DNA from: Octopus vulgaris
Lineage: Eukaryota
Assembly: GCA_951406725.2 (NCBI GenBank)
Contig: OX597814.1
Coordinates: forward strand, 25,606,001 to 25,670,000
Direction of reading: 5' to 3'
DNA length: 64,000 nt
Shown: positions 36,927 through 52,134 of the stretch, in pieces
Numbering within the stretch: position 1 is the first letter of the stretch
Layout of the letters: the number at the start of each line of letters is the position of its first letter
The notes under the pieces: model-generated
Databases searched by the model: none
Seen by the model: only the letters and a program-made list of their open reading frames with translations
What the model was told of the DNA's origin: nothing
Position numbers and translations under genes: made by a program

Positions 36927-37522
36927 TACCCTGCGCGCGTAAGCGAAAGCAGGTTATTGTAATCATTCGTCTTTGTCTGCTTGTCTGTGTGTTAGCAAAA
37001 TTACTGGAAAACGACTGGACGGATTTTCACCACATTTGGCAGAAATATTCATTGGGTGAGTGACTCGAAAGAATGAACATTTGGTTTGATCATCTTTTAA
37101 AAAAGGAAAAAATTAGAAATTGAACTTACAAATTTACTAATAAGCAAGTGCTCATATTTTGTTCACTTTCTTTTTCATATGAATCAACCCTCGTCTGCGT
37201 ATGTATAGACCATGATGTACCTATGGGCATAGACACGTGTACTTACATACATACATACATATGCGACTCCGTGTGTGTTTGTGTCTGTGTGTGTATGTGT
37301 GTGTGTGTGTATTGATGGATTCGAGGGTTTCGTTTACTTATGAGTTGATTTCTTAATTTCAGCGGAGTATGAATACCTATAATGGTGATATTTTAAAAAA
37401 CATAATAAATAATTCAGTTAGATTAGAAAGCATGGGTAAGCCACGCATTATAAACCACACTATAATTCGTGAAAAAAATTTATCTGCCGCGCAGGGTATG
37501 CATTACCTCTCCGATGCCTTTT
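36927..37522 (+). mobile_element. Non-autonomous Helentron (HINE/DINE-1-like)
   Basis: Subterminal inverted repeats TACCCTGCGCG (36927) and CGCGCAGGGTA (37488-37498), GTCT microsatellite, 3' stem-loop GCAT...ATGC followed by a T-run. Confidence 0.75.
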
Positions 37523-38886
37523 ATGTTTTTCACTGTTGTTGTTACTTTTATTTTTAGTCTTATTATAATTTCTATTTCATAACTGTCATTATTTTAAGTA
37601 CGAGTAATTGATTCATTAATATTTTATCGTTATCTCATTATTAATGTTTGCTTGTTCTATTTTGTTTTACTTTAGTTAATTTTTCCCTGCCAATTTGTGT
37701 CCACAATTTATATAGTTAACATATGCCCCGTGGAAATCCAGCACCGTCTTTTCTACTCATCTCAATCATTTTTCACAGTTGTTGTCACCTGCTGACCTTA
37801 TTTCTCTATATTGCCCACTACCCAATCTAAATTCTTACTAGAGGACTTGTATTCATGCTGCAAATCAGTATTGAATTCACCCCCCGATCCAACTAAACAT
37901 TAAACACGATATGAAAAGATATACGAAAACATCTCCATGATAGGAAAAGATTTACATCAGGTTTATCCAAAGATATAAAAAATCAGATACTAAAACATTT
38001 TACGTTTTAAAATGTATTAAAAACAAGTTCCTTTCAAAATTATTTCTTCCTTTTTCTTTACTGATGGGTTAAGATTTAAACTCATGCGGTGATTGAGTTA
38101 GATAACTATCAAGTACGTATTTACGATTATACTCAATTTAATATCATTTTGGAATAACGTGTCATTGCAAATGAAAACGAAATTCGATGTAACACTGTAT
38201 GTGTAATTTAAATGGATATCATGGCTCTGCCGCGACGCAGTTATTTCAGTTTTAACTCACTATCTGATATTAAATTACTTGCCAATCAAATACAAATCCA
38301 AATTTCTTATCACATTTTTGAGACAAAACAGTTTCGAAAGTCAAAAGAAAACGAATAAAAAGCAGAAGTTTAATTATATCCAGTTTTCCATTATCATATC
38401 AGTATCGGATGTATTATTTGGAAAATATAATTCGGGCAACACTTTCCTCAGGTAGACGCATTTCATTCAGCTAACTATTCAACTAGGAAATTCTGATAAT
38501 ACGTTTTAAGTATCAAGTACTCATTATGCTTTACCGTTACTAACTGAAAAGAGAAAGGCTAAGACATCTGAAGATATATCCTGTGACTGGCTAGCGTCCT
38601 TTTAATTTATATTTAGTTCTATATTTTAAAATGTGAATGTAGGCCTAAAAGACACATAGGAAACGAAATTAAAAGTGAACATTCAGTGAGAATCGAATCT
38701 ACAATTCTCTGTAGATGCGTCTGTAGAAGACCTGCTACACTTTGAATATTTGATAGAATGCAGTAGTCCGTATTATTAATCTGAACCTGTATCACCTTAA
38801 AGTGTCTTTGCGCTCTGAGCTAGGTTGCATGTACTAGGATTTACTTCCAAAACTTGAATAGATATTCGCATATGTGTGTTTCTATG

Positions 38887-38951
<65 letters not shown>

Positions 38952-41652
38952 GCACGTATATACATACATATACGTTATTAAACTGAAAGAAGGAGTGGTA
39001 AAAACTGGAAAGGTAGATTTAGACAATATGAACTACAAAAGTGCTCTAGTAAATTCTTCTTGAAAGCCAGAGTAGATTTTATATGTCTAGAAAAAAAAAA
39101 CATGATTTTCACAATGCATTCAATTCAAGAAGAGACTATGGAAAAGTGAGTCACTTGTCACGATCGTCAAATTTAGGAAGGTTTCCGAAGATTACGTAGT
39201 GAGTTCAGTAATCGACCGTCGAGACAACGATGCAGAATACTGTTAACAAAATGCTAATTGTACTGAGCAGTAGTATTATTACGTGTGTTGTATGCTGGCA
39301 AGACCAATGCACTTTATCATCAACCCATCAGAAAGTAGATAAGCTAATAGTTACGCTAGATACGCTCTATAATTAGCATTTTTTAGCGATACCACGTCTG
39401 TAAACAAGTGGTCTGCAATACGCAAATAGGCCAAGAGTTAAGTCTATCTAAAAGTGGCACTCGATGGAAATTGTGATCCGTATGGAGGATACTAGGATTC
39501 TCAATACATACACACACAAACTCACACACCTATATACTGAAGTATGCTGAGTTTTGTTTATATTTTCATATGTATTTTACCATTATTCTTTTTTATATTT
39601 TTTAATTTTGAGTTCCTATTTTTATTATTATATTTTTAGTTTAGCTGTTTTTCCGAAAATGTAGACTCCTAAGTTATCTATTTTAGTGTCTTGTTTTTGT
39701 GAGTGCTTCATTGTTATATTCCTTTTGTTGTATCTCGTGTATTAAGGCGTACATGACAATCTACTAGCTTTGGAATGTATATACAATTTATTTTAGAAGG
39801 TTAGCCTATTTATTCTACGGAAGTTCTCACCAGAATGCATACACGCACACACACTATACAAACGCAAAACTATCCCTCCACACATCCAGCTATCTATCCA
39901 CATACACACACACATACACACACATAGACACACACACACACACATACACAAAGCACACAAACATATGCTGGCACTCCTTTCACAATCACAGCTTGCAATT
40001 CGTTTCACCTTTTCCTGACCAGCAGCTCAATTAATAATATTCATCAATTTCCAGGAGTCAAAACAACCCTAACTACATACCTTTTGTAGAATCTCTATAT
40101 ACAATTATATTTTATATACAATTTTAGGAATTCTTAAGCAGCCATACAATGACAATCCTTTCCATTTCAAAGACGACATTCCAAATACTGCGACAATATA
40201 AAGGTTGGTTTACCCACCAACCCACCTTATCAAACACGTCCTTATACCTTTCCATATTTTCTATTGAACTTTTCACGTATAAACACCGTCAAATTCTGCA
40301 TGTAAGTATGCATGAATGCATGTTCGTAAGTTTGTAGGTATCGATGTACGGATGGATGTGCATGCTTTATTTTTCGAATTTCTCACTAACAAACAGTCGG
40401 TTTTTAACCAAGAACAACGATGTCGTTGGAATTTAAACAACATCAAACAGGGTAGATTTGTGTGTACGCAAATTTGTCTAGCTGTGTGCATTTATCACTT
40501 CTCTGTGTGTTTGTGTGTGTGCGGGCGTGCATGTGCATATGTACATATGGATGTAAGCATGGACGGTGCTGCATATGTGGATCTTATTACACGCTGAGGG
40601 TTTTACATATTTTCCCAGTATCTCTGCCAGCTTGTGGCTTATAATATTCTGATTAGACTTGTTCTTTTTTAATATTATTATACCTGGTTCTGTCATTCCT
40701 GTTTCGTATGGAAGCCTTGGCAGAGATAGTTCACTAGCGTGCATGTTACAATTTCTAGATGAACTGGGATGCGCCAGTGGTAATATAACCTGGGATCATC
40801 AAGTGGCTCGGGTCTTTCGCCCTCTGATATTCTCACAATTTCTTCGTAGTTTCACTTCCAGACTGAATGGTTTGAAGACCTCGCTGAGTTAGCATTCTGC
40901 AAAACCTCTACAACCCACTCCCTGTGCTTTCTATCTTCCGTTCTGCCACTTCTCTACCAGTTTGTGGTACTTCGCACGATTCATTTTATTGATTTGGTCA
41001 ATACGCTCCCCCAAGGTTACTGTAAGGTACAGCATGATTAGTTAAGTTGCTTCAGAGGTAATGATCCTTTCTAGCTGGAGCGACGCTGATACTATGTGTG
41101 GAAGCTTCAACATTTTACCTTTTTTTTTTATCTAAATGGAAACATGAAACGTGTTCCCTGATTGAATTTATTGATTTCAACAATGCATGCAGGCACACAC
41201 ACACACACACACACACACACCACACCACACGCACGTATGTACGTATGTATGTATATACGTATGCTCAGTTTATAAACTGACAAAACATTCCCACTTCCCC
41301 AAGAAAACAAAACTTTTATTAAGCAAGTTGATATTTTGAAACGTTGTGTAGAAAATTATTCTCAGACATCAAATTACTACTTGTTTTGATAACGACGCGT
41401 CATGACAAGACTTTAGTGTCATATTGCGATAGTATTTCGTCACCTCAACTAAATAACATATTCAACTTCGCTTCAATAAATATAAATGAAAGGATTCTAG
41501 CAAAACATGTGCATGCGTTTAGAAGGAAGTGTTAGCTCTCGACGACGAACTGGATGTCGTAAAAAGACCAAACCGCGGTGACATCAAGCAAAAAAACAGA
41601 GTAAGACTTCGGAAGAAATGAAACGACACTATAAACAAGTATAAGCAACATA

Positions 41653-42040
41653 GTGTGGAAGCACTCCGTCGGTTACGACGACGAGGGTTCCGGTTGATCC
41701 GAATCAACGGAACAGCCTGCTCGTGAAATTAACGTGTAAGTGGCTGAGCACTCCACAGACACGTGTACCCTTAACGTAGTTCTCGGGGATATTCAGCGTG
41801 ACACAGAGTGTGACAAGGCCGGCCCTTTGAAATACAGGTACAACAGAAACAGGAAGTAAGAGTGAGAGAAAGTTGTGGTGAAAGAGTACAGCAGGGATCA
41901 CCACCATCCCCTGCCGGAGCCTCGTGGAGCTTTAGGTGTTTTCGCTCAATAAACACTCACAACGCCCGGTCTGGGAATCGAGACCGCGATCCTATGACCG
42001 CGAGTCCGCTGCCCTAACCACTGGGCCATTGCGCCTCCAC
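41653..42040 (-). mobile_element. Full-length young SINE family A
   Basis: Nearly identical to 6018-6405. 12-bp TSD ATAAGCAACATA at 41641-41652 and 42041-42052. Confidence 0.93.
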
Positions 42041-42104
42041 ATAAGCAACATAAATGACTGCAAGGAAAAAAAGTAATGTTCAAATTACTTCAGCTACGCA
42101 AACA

Positions 42105-42277
42105 AGACGCAAGCGTGGCTGTATGGTAAAACGTTTCCTTCCTAATCACACGGTTGAAGGCTCAACAGGCTCAATCCTACGGCAGAAAACTTTGGGCAAG
42201 TGTTTCTTCTTTAGCCTCGGGCCGGCCAATACCTTGAGAGTAGATTTGGTAGACGGAAACTGAAAAAAACCCGTCGC

Positions 42278-42311
<34 letters not shown>

Positions 42312-42440
42312 CGGCAAAAAGAGAACGATAGAACAGGTACAGGCTTTTGAAGGCAAGTACAGGGTCGATTCGTTAGACCCTGCAGGCCCCAGCATGGCCG
42401 CAGTTAAATAAATGACTGAAACAAGTAAAAGATAAAAAAG
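42105..42440 (+). mobile_element. SINE family C (diverged)
   Basis: Homologous to 54270-54680. Confidence 0.75.
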
Positions 42441-43226
42441 AATAGAAGCAATATGGTGGTTCTTGTGTATTTGTGGCTTAAAGAATGCAACCCAAAATCA
42501 ATTTCCTTATGCATTAGGATTATTATTTTAAGCGTTTTCCTACAATTAAAGATAAATTTATGGAAGAAATATTCCAGCAGGAAGGGGAGAAAAACACTTT
42601 CATTGCTATCTCAGTTGGATTTACCAGAGTCAAAACTCAAACAGGAATTCGTATTGTTATAACAGGCGAAGCTGCAAGTATATAAAAAAAAAATGCAACA
42701 GAAAAATTTTCTGAATTCTTAAAAAAAAAATTCAGTAAAAAGATTATGACAAGAAACACAATCTTATTGATATGGATCGATAGGATGCATAGGAGGAAGC
42801 GATCAAGAAGTCGAAAAAAAATTAACAAATGAAATGAAGAAATTGATACGAGGTTTCATGAAATTGCAAAGTTCAAGCAATAATGAGTGTCGACTTTAGC
42901 ATCGATTGACGCATGCAAGTTTGGTGAAACTTGAACAAAGAACTTTCCTGCTTTAGGCAAATGAGAGTGGAGGAAAGGAGAAAAGACAAAAATTTGATTC
43001 AAAATACTCGGCTTAAGAAGTTTTCTCGGAATGAATTGTCACCACATTTTCACTATCCTTAAAAATATTAAAAGAACTATATTTATATAAGAAAAGAATT
43101 CAGTCAAATCTTTTGGAAGTTTTTGAACCAATTGCTAATGTATCTTATATCTTGTAAATTACTATGTCCTATCAGTGAGACGTTTTTTTTTAACCCTAAC
43201 AGTCCTAATTGAGGATTCGCTGTATA

Positions 43227-43738
43227 CCGTAAATCCTCGAGTATAGTCCGCCTTTGAGTATAATACGCAGGGGATTTTTAGGGGGCTGTACTTCTGAAAA
43301 ACCTAAACCTTGTGTATAATACGCACCCGTTCTTTAACTTGAGCCAAGGAAGTGTATATAACATCCTTGGTTTGTAAAAATGTATACGGTAACGTCCTTT
43401 ATTATTATTATATATATAACATAATGCAAACGTGTAGCTTTTGTGTGTATTTTGTTTGCAGAAAATAAAAAAATAACGGTAATAATATTTAATAAATGTT
43501 GCTTACTGCAAGTTATAGATGATTCTTTTATGACTTCATTGCTTTCAGGCTTAGCTTAAGGTATTTTCCCGCCCGACATCACAAAATGTGTCTGAATAAA
43601 TATTGCCGGACAGCAAATAGAGACTCAGACATTGCTTAGAAAATAATTTTCATTTTTAACCTCGTATATAGTACGCACTAGGGATTTTGACCTTTAAATT
43701 TTGGGGAAAAAATGCAGATTATACTCGAGGATTTACGG
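43227..43738. mobile_element. pogo/Tc1-mariner-type MITE
   Basis: Perfect 19-bp TIR CCGTAAATCCTCGAGTATA / TATACTCGAGGATTTACGG with a TA TSD on both sides. Confidence 0.9.
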
Positions 43739-44377
43739 TACATGAATAAAAGTGTGCGCCTGTAGCGAAACTTATTTAAATCATTTCCTACTATTAACTA
43801 CTATTTCTCTGCTATTTCTCAATAACTACTATTTCTCAACTTTATTATCATGCTCGACCCTAATGAAGCTGACCCATGATCATATTCATTCCAGCACGAT
43901 CCTCCTACTTGTTATTCAGAGATAGTGAACTATCCATTGTATCCGCTTTTAAAGCAATACACTGCGGTTTGGGGAGAGATTTATCTGCATAAATCTTGTT
44001 TAACGGCGGGGCTCCAGCATGTCCGCAGCCCTGAGCTGAGACTACAAAGAAGAAAGAAGAAGATCGTAACCACTCGTAAATCAGGTGAGTTAATGGCAAA
44101 TTCACTCCTATTTAACAATATGAACTCATAAAAAAGCTAAACAATGTTTGGTGGCGTTACATTTATTGCACAGCTTATTTTACAAACACCCGCTTACTAT
44201 AGAAATTGATCTTTTAATTCGGGTAATTTATTTAAATACTATAAGAGAAAACTAAAATATGAAATTTTTGGCTTATGAGAAGCATGTCATGATTCAACTG
44301 ATGTGCGTCAACATACATACATGCATGTAATCCTATCTATTTTGAGGGAGATACGTAGATAAATATGTAGATAGAAA

Positions 44378-44420
<43 letters not shown>

Positions 44421-44450
44421 GCAAACAAATACATACAAATACACATACAT

Positions 44451-44498
<48 letters not shown>

Positions 44499-45229
44499 GC
44501 AAACAAATACATACAAATACACATACATACACACACATATATATATATATATATGTATACATAAATATATGTATATAACCAACTGTGAACCTTACTAAAT
44601 ATATACACACCGTTAGAAGGCATAATACCCAGGAATTGTCTGAGATAAAATATCTTCGTAAATTTGTGCTAAAAACACAGTATATGTATGATAGTGAGAT
44701 GTGCATTGATGTTGCAGTGACTCCATAAATGCTTAAACGGGTGTCTGCCTTTTGGGGCTTTGTCAGTGACATATACTCGCAGCTAACCTTGCAGTACATC
44801 TTGTGTTTGGCAGCGAATATGCGTCGTTGACAAGACCCAATATGACCGAAATGCATCTAGTGTTCTTGCTGGCATCTGGCAGGATGATCTTTCGTTTTCC
44901 TTTGATATATATTGCTTTCAAGCACAGCACATCCATATGAGATTTTGTCTCGAGGAAAATCACAGTAACTTTCCTGTCATCAGTGTATATACATAATATA
45001 TGTCACATACTACTTTAATTGCCTACACCAGATTATATAAAAAGAAATATGAATACATTGTATATATGTGCATGTGTATGTATAGCCCTCTTTCTCACTT
45101 GCCTTTAAGAATTCGGATGAAGTTCTCTGTACTACGAGCATCCTTGGGAGAGAATACTTTGATTATCTTCCAAATCAGTCACAACAAAATCTTGTGGACA
45201 CGAATTGCATGCAGGAGCGATGAATAATC

Positions 45230-46380
45230 TCACAATGGCTGAAGCCATAGAGGCGGTTAAAGTGCTCGAATGTGGTCAGGCCACTGGGGAAGAGGAAATT
45301 CAAATTGGGATGTAAGAAGCCTTTAAGGCGAAGGTATTAACTGGGTAACTCACACATGTCAGATAGTTTGAACCTCTGGAAAGACGCCAAAGCAGTGGCA
45401 AATAGGAGTAATGGTTCCATTGTTTAACAAAGTAAACAAGAGAGGACGCTCTCATTATAGAGGAATTTTCTTGGTGACCATCTCTGGCAATGTCCACGCT
45501 AGGTGTCTGGGAAAGAAATGTAGAAAAATCGTCGAGTCCAAGCTAGCCGGAAAATAGTGCGGCTTCCGTCCTAGACGCGGTACAACCGACTCGATATTCA
45601 TTCTATGACAGATCTTCGAGAAATCGTGGGGATATTTCCCTTGAAAAAGCATATCGCTATGTACCATGCTGTGGAGAGTTTTACATGAGTTCGGGATTAA
45701 TGGACAATTTATGGCTGCCGTGAAATCCCTGTACGAATGACCAGCTGTTTGTTTTCAAGTAAATGGTGCTAAGTAGAAATATTTCAACGTGAGTGTTCGA
45801 CAGGGATGCGTATTGTCACCTCTCTTTTCATATTTTTTATGAATAGGACTGACATTCGCAGCCGTTGTGGAAGTTATGTCACAACTGGTAGGTGTACATT
45901 CGGTCGGTTTATGTTAGCAGACCACATGGCGCTACCGGGTACAGGAGAGAAAAAGTACAATCATGAATACAAACGGCCGAAATGTGGTTTTTCCGCCGGA
46001 TTTCTAGAGTAACGTTATTCTACAGGATACGTAGTTCAGAGATCAAGGTACCTCTCCATGTCTAACCCCTTCTCTGTGCTGAGAGATTACAGGTCTGGTA
46101 CTAAGGACATGTAATTTGTATGCCTCCTGAAAGAATTACATGGTAGATCTTTCAAACAGAGGCAACTGGTAGGAGACTTAGAGGTAACCCATGAATGAGA
46201 TGATTGGATAATATCTATAATCTCAGTTGGCCACACATGGGAATCCAGCCGGAAAATGTAATAACAGTTCCTTCTGATCGGACTCAACTGAGGAGGTGCA
46301 TGAGGACTCTTATCTGTATGACCCTCCCGGGAATAGCGGGTGAAGAAGATAGATGGATGCATGGATGGATGGATGGATAT
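45230..46380 (+). mobile_element. RTE-clade LINE RT remnant with (ATGG)n tail
   Basis: Fragments GKTPKQWQIGVMVPLF, HYRGIFL, CGFRPRRGT, EKAY, RQGCVLSPLFFIFFM. Confidence 0.8.
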
Positions 46381-47373
46381 TTGTCACTGGCAATCAAAGA
46401 AGATTAGATATTATGAATCATTCTTTCACTGATAAGTTTACGCGTTCATGTAGTCATGGCTAGACTTTTCTTTGTTCTCTTGCTATTGAGTCAATGAAAT
46501 ATCGAGAATGCGACTGCTGGAGGGACAGAATCTTTGCGCAGGGACTTTATTTATCGACACAAATTACACATAGCAACTTTTACTTCAGTGCTGACAAAAA
46601 TTATAATGCATTTGATCAGATGCTCTCACACTTCTGCCAAACGATTTATATAAGTGTATTTATATGTGTGTATATATGTATATTTGTATACATTTATGTG
46701 TGTGTGTTTAGTATGTACAAATGTGTATATATCATGTACTTATGTGCTTGCACAGAGTAAAAGTGTCTTTACTTTTATAATGTCTTATATTCTTTAGCTC
46801 TAAATAATAACAACTTTAGAATACTTACATGAAAATGGGTTGAAAATACAAATAAATATCTAGGAATAAAATGAACATTGCTAAATCGTCTTTTATTCCC
46901 TTTCCATTTCATTTTCACCAAAATATCTGCAATCATTCATTCAAATGCAGAACAACTTAATGAGTTCTTTTTTTTTTGTTTATCGTGAGAATTTTGCTTT
47001 TTGTTTTTTTTTTATTTCCTGTTTTTCTCTTATTCAATACACATCGGCAACCAAACTGTCATCTGGTCGAATTGAAACAAAACAGCACAGAACATTAACG
47101 AAAATAAATGACAAAGATAGATGCAAAACAACTTGAATCTCATTGGTCTTGCAGCCAACTAGACAGAAAACTTATTTTATTTTATATTTTTTTTACCTCA
47201 CTGATGCCTTACCTATAGCCCCATGCTGATTCAATCTGCCTTCAGCCATCAGCTATCAAGGTTACATTGTGTCACCGATGAAATTGAAAGAGTAGCACAG
47301 AGAGGGGGATGGAAGAGAAGTCAGTTATCTCAAATATTCCATCAAATGTGCATTTATGTACATTATACATATG

Positions 47374-47421
<48 letters not shown>

Positions 47422-48256
47422 TACATATGTAAGTGTGCGCGCTCGTAAACACATATATGATTATATGTTTGCTTATATATGTATATATATATGTATATAT
47501 ACTGTATGCATATATACATATATGTGTATATACATATATGTGTATATACATATATGCATGCTTATACACAAGCACACTCACATACACACTCACACATATG
47601 CACATAGAATCGAATATTTGAGATAACTGAAATTTTCTTCACCCACATCCCATGCAGGTCTCTCCGTTTCCATCAGTCCTTGCCACACCTAATAGAAAGT
47701 AAATAAATATACAAATAATAAATAGATAGAGAAACAGATGCTATTTTTATTTACTTGTTTAATTTCAGATTGTCACTGAATTCTGTTGTTTGTGTTCAAT
47801 GCCACTTAATGAAGATAAAAGTGACATAACTGTGTCGTATCTTCCAAATCAGGGAGTATGCTACATAACCTTTCATACACAAGCATTGCATTTAAGGAAT
47901 TTACCACTCTTAAAGAGTTCTTTATTCTTGTTCGGTTCAGAACCCCGTAAGGCAGGCAGCAAGAGCTTGACAAAGAACTGTAGTTTTGTAAGGAAATAAA
48001 AATCCTTATCATAGACATCCTTTTAGAGAATTTGGGTCAGACCCCTCTTCCCCGTCTTATGTCGGAATTGTTGAAATGGGTCTTGCCAACAGGCTCCAAC
48101 TTTGTTTTCAACTATTTGCTAATTTCTTTCTGCAAACTATTTCTCATGACATTTCTTCCTTTCTTTCTCTTTTCCCTGGAAGGGTGCTCGAGGGGAAAGA
48201 TTTAAATTTACGAATATGTCGTCGAAGAATAATAATGTCAGAATCTAGAGATACAG

Positions 48257-48342
<86 letters not shown>

Positions 48343-48409
48343 ATATATGTATGTATGTATGAATATATGTATGTATGTATATATGTATCTATGTATATAT
48401 ATGTATATA

Positions 48410-49180
48410 TGTATATAAAGACATCAATATACATATATATATACATACAAACATACAGACAGACACACACACACTTCCGTGTGTATTCGTATATATAATC
48501 AAATATAAACAAATACATATAGGTATAGACATAAGAATATATATATATACAAATGCTCATGCCTGTATCCAACTAGGCACATGTAAACATATCCTTACAC
48601 AACTAATTCTATACATACCTACAAGCATGTGTATATGTATTCAACCTATGTGTGCACGGGTTCTCTGCCTTTGGCCCTCCCACCTTCACATCCTGAAAAG
48701 CAAAACATACTGAAATGAACATACATAGGTGCCCAAAACTTGGGCGTAGAGGCTCGAGCACCAGTCCAACACTTCAATCCCCCCAAAAGCCCCGACACGT
48801 ATGTTAAACAAACACTACTAAGGATCCCTAATCCCATTGCATCTATTTTTAACAAACTCTTGAATCTCTCATACTCTGAGGCTTCCCACGACTGCATTTC
48901 GTCTTTCTTCATGGCACCTACAAACCGGATGTGATATTTTTCACCTCCAGTAATACAAACCAGTTATTTATTTACCATACATGCCATCTCTGAAGAACAC
49001 GTCGTGTTACTTATCCGTGCTCTGATATAATAACTGTTAACAAATACCAGGTACGAAACTGATCAGTAAGATCGACTGAAATGGATCTACAATACCGCAT
49101 AACTTGATTAATATACCAACTCCATTGATAAACGTATAAGTGCATAATTCTCTGACCTCTGGATTCTCAGACTATTATAT
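48410..49180 (+). mobile_element. Penelope-like pLTR copy with hammerhead (48986-49072)
   Basis: atct-CTGAAGA...GAAA-ctgatcag-TA-agat. The first ~410 bp recur at 50043-50450. Confidence 0.6.
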
Positions 49181-49250
49181 ACATACATAATACAGATATA
49201 TATATAATATATACACACATACACATATATATGTATAATTATGTACGTAT

Positions 49251-49282
<32 letters not shown>

Positions 49283-50042
49283 TGGAAATACACACACACA
49301 CACACAAAAACACACATGTACGTGTTTTTATGTGTGTGTTCGACCGGATGTTCGTTAATTAGGTTTAGATTAGTTTCTTAATGAATTTATTGTGATTGTC
49401 GACACTAATGAAATATATACTTGAAATATTTCTTTGTTGAAGGCTAAGAAGGAAACTCTATTTCCCGCAATGGGAATACATCAGCCATTTTGAATTACAG
49501 TTTTTCTCAGTTCTGTTGTATGTCTGTTGATATTGTGACCAATATTAAGCGTGTGAAGTGTGAACTTAGTCACAAAGTGATTAGCCAATGTAAAACTTCA
49601 CGACATAGAAATCTTGGTTAATGAGCAATGGGTAGAAGTGAGCCATATAATACATGGTAATCTCTTCGTAAAATACCAGAATGTTCTGTTATAATAAGGG
49701 TGGTGGGGTACAAAGACACCTTTATTTTCATATGTTAGCTTCAGAGCTATTGTGAGTAAATCCCCCCACCCTGTTGATGACCTGATCAAGAAATTATAGA
49801 TAATATTATTTTATTTATATTACTTCTGCACAGCTCTGGACAAACCACTTAGTGTTTAGAACATAAAAGTTTGGTGCATCGGTGATTGTTAAGGATAAAG
49901 AAAAGAATGAGTATTCACTGAAGCAAACTGATGAGGTGGCAAACAATTTAGCATTGTACCCAACAATATCAGTATGGAAGAAGTGTGAGGTCAACGACGA
50001 ATTGTGCACATTAATGTCTGTATATATATATATATATGTATG

Positions 50043-50450
50043 TATGTATATAAAGACATCCACATACATACATATATACATACAAACATACAGACAGACA
50101 CACACACCTCTATGTGTATTCGTATATATAATCAAATATAAACAAACACGTATAGGAATAGACATAAGTATATATATATATAAATGCTCATGCCTGTATC
50201 CAGCTAGGCACATGTAAACATATCCTTACACAACTAATTCTATACAAACCTACAAGCATGTGTATATGTATTCAACCTATGTGTGCACAGGTTCCCTGCC
50301 TTTGGCCCTCCCACCTTCACATCCTAAAAAGCAAAACATACTGAAATGAACACACATAGGTGCCCAAACATGGGCATAGAGGCTCGCGCATCAGTCCAAC
50401 ACTTCAATCCCCACAAAAGCCCCGACACGTATGTCAAGCCTACACAACTA
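50043..50450 (+). repeat. Second, truncated copy of 48410-48820
   Basis: High but imperfect identity, read directly. Confidence 0.85.
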
Positions 50451-50984
50451 ACGACCCCTTCACTTCAGAGATATTAAAGGTGAGATTAATGTCTGAGACG
50501 TCTGCGATGCAGCATGAGGTGTATGTACAATAGATACTATATAAATTAAATGTATTAATAATCAATAATCTCAATGATATAGGGAGTTACCGCTTGTTTT
50601 CATCAAGGCTGCTCACAACTGTATGGAGTAAGGAATTTTATAAAGACGCAATATATTTTTAATGTGAACAATTATCGTTTTGAGAAACGAAATTTGTGTA
50701 TCGATTGTTGAATATATTGAATGATTTTTCAGAAGAAATTAAGGTTAAATTGCAATAGACTGTACATTAAAAGTAGCATTTAATAGCAAATACTCCAAAC
50801 TGCTGTCAAAATGTATAATATAATAAAAATTGCGTAATGTAAATAGGAACATTACCAAGTAGTGAAGAGGAGCTACGCCAGAAATTTTTCCAAGAAATAT
50901 TTAGCATCAAATTACTAGATTATATCGAAGGAAACGGCAGATTGTCCTCGCGTTCGGATGATTCAGGATAAGAACGGAAATATA

Positions 50985-51058
<74 letters not shown>

Positions 51059-51799
51059 TAAATATGGACATCACTCACAAAATACACAATTTTACCACCC
51101 TCTACATCACGACACGGCTTACTTTCTATATAAATTAAGTGTGGGTATTAAATAAACTTAAAAAAATAAATATGTATTTGTGCACACACGCACACACATA
51201 TAGATATATGTATATATATAAATAAACGTGTGCGTGTGTTTGCGTATGCGTGTGTAAGTATATCGTATATATATATATATATATGTATATATAAGATTGT
51301 GAAGCCATGCTTATAGTTATCTCTTTTTCGTGTTCATTAGAATATCTGATATAAAAATCTATACTATGAATTTAATAGTCAAAATAGGGACACACACGCA
51401 CATGCACAACATTCACCCATTTTCGAAGTGTCGTTTTATTTTCTTATAATAAAACGTTTTATAAAGGCATGTTTATTCTGAACGAAATATAAAATAAGAT
51501 CTGAAAAGGTAAATAATGAAATGTTAAATAAACAATTTGAATGTAAGGAGGTGAGGCTATATACTTGTATGTGTGTATGCGTTATCTTGCATCATCTTCA
51601 GTGAAAGACGAAGCCAAAGTATTACATAGCGCTAACTTCTTGAAGGCAGAAATGTTAGACAGCAGAGGAAAGCACAAGAAGTTCCATCTCTTTAAAATGG
51701 TAAATAAATAAAGATGTGATATAATGTATATAGTAATGTTTGTCTTATGTTCAATTATAATGAAAGAAATTTTATGTTAATCTGATAGGCTACTCTATC

Positions 51800-52134
51800 G
51801 TGGCGTTCCGTCGGCTACGACGACGAGGGTTTCAGTTGATCCAATCAACGGAACAGCCTCCTCGTGAAATTAACGTGCAAGTGGCTGAGCACTCCACAGA
51901 CACGTGAATCTCAGGGAGATTGAGCGTGACACAGAGTGTGACAAGGCTGGCCCTTTGAAGAACAGGTACAACAGAAACAGGAAGAAAGAGCGAGAGAAAG
52001 TTGTGGTGAAAGAGTACGGCAGGCTTCGCCACCCACCACCCCCTGCTGGAGCCACGTAGAGCTTTAGGTATTTTCGCTCAATAAAAACTCACAACGCCCG
52101 GTCTGAGAATCGAAACCGCGATCCTATGACCGCA
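51800..52134 (-). mobile_element. SINE family A, older and slightly 5'-truncated
   Basis: Homologous to 41653-42040. Confidence 0.88.

Noticed and set aside
44380-44560. ~78-bp tandem repeat
   Set aside because: Slippage-type duplication inside a compound microsatellite.
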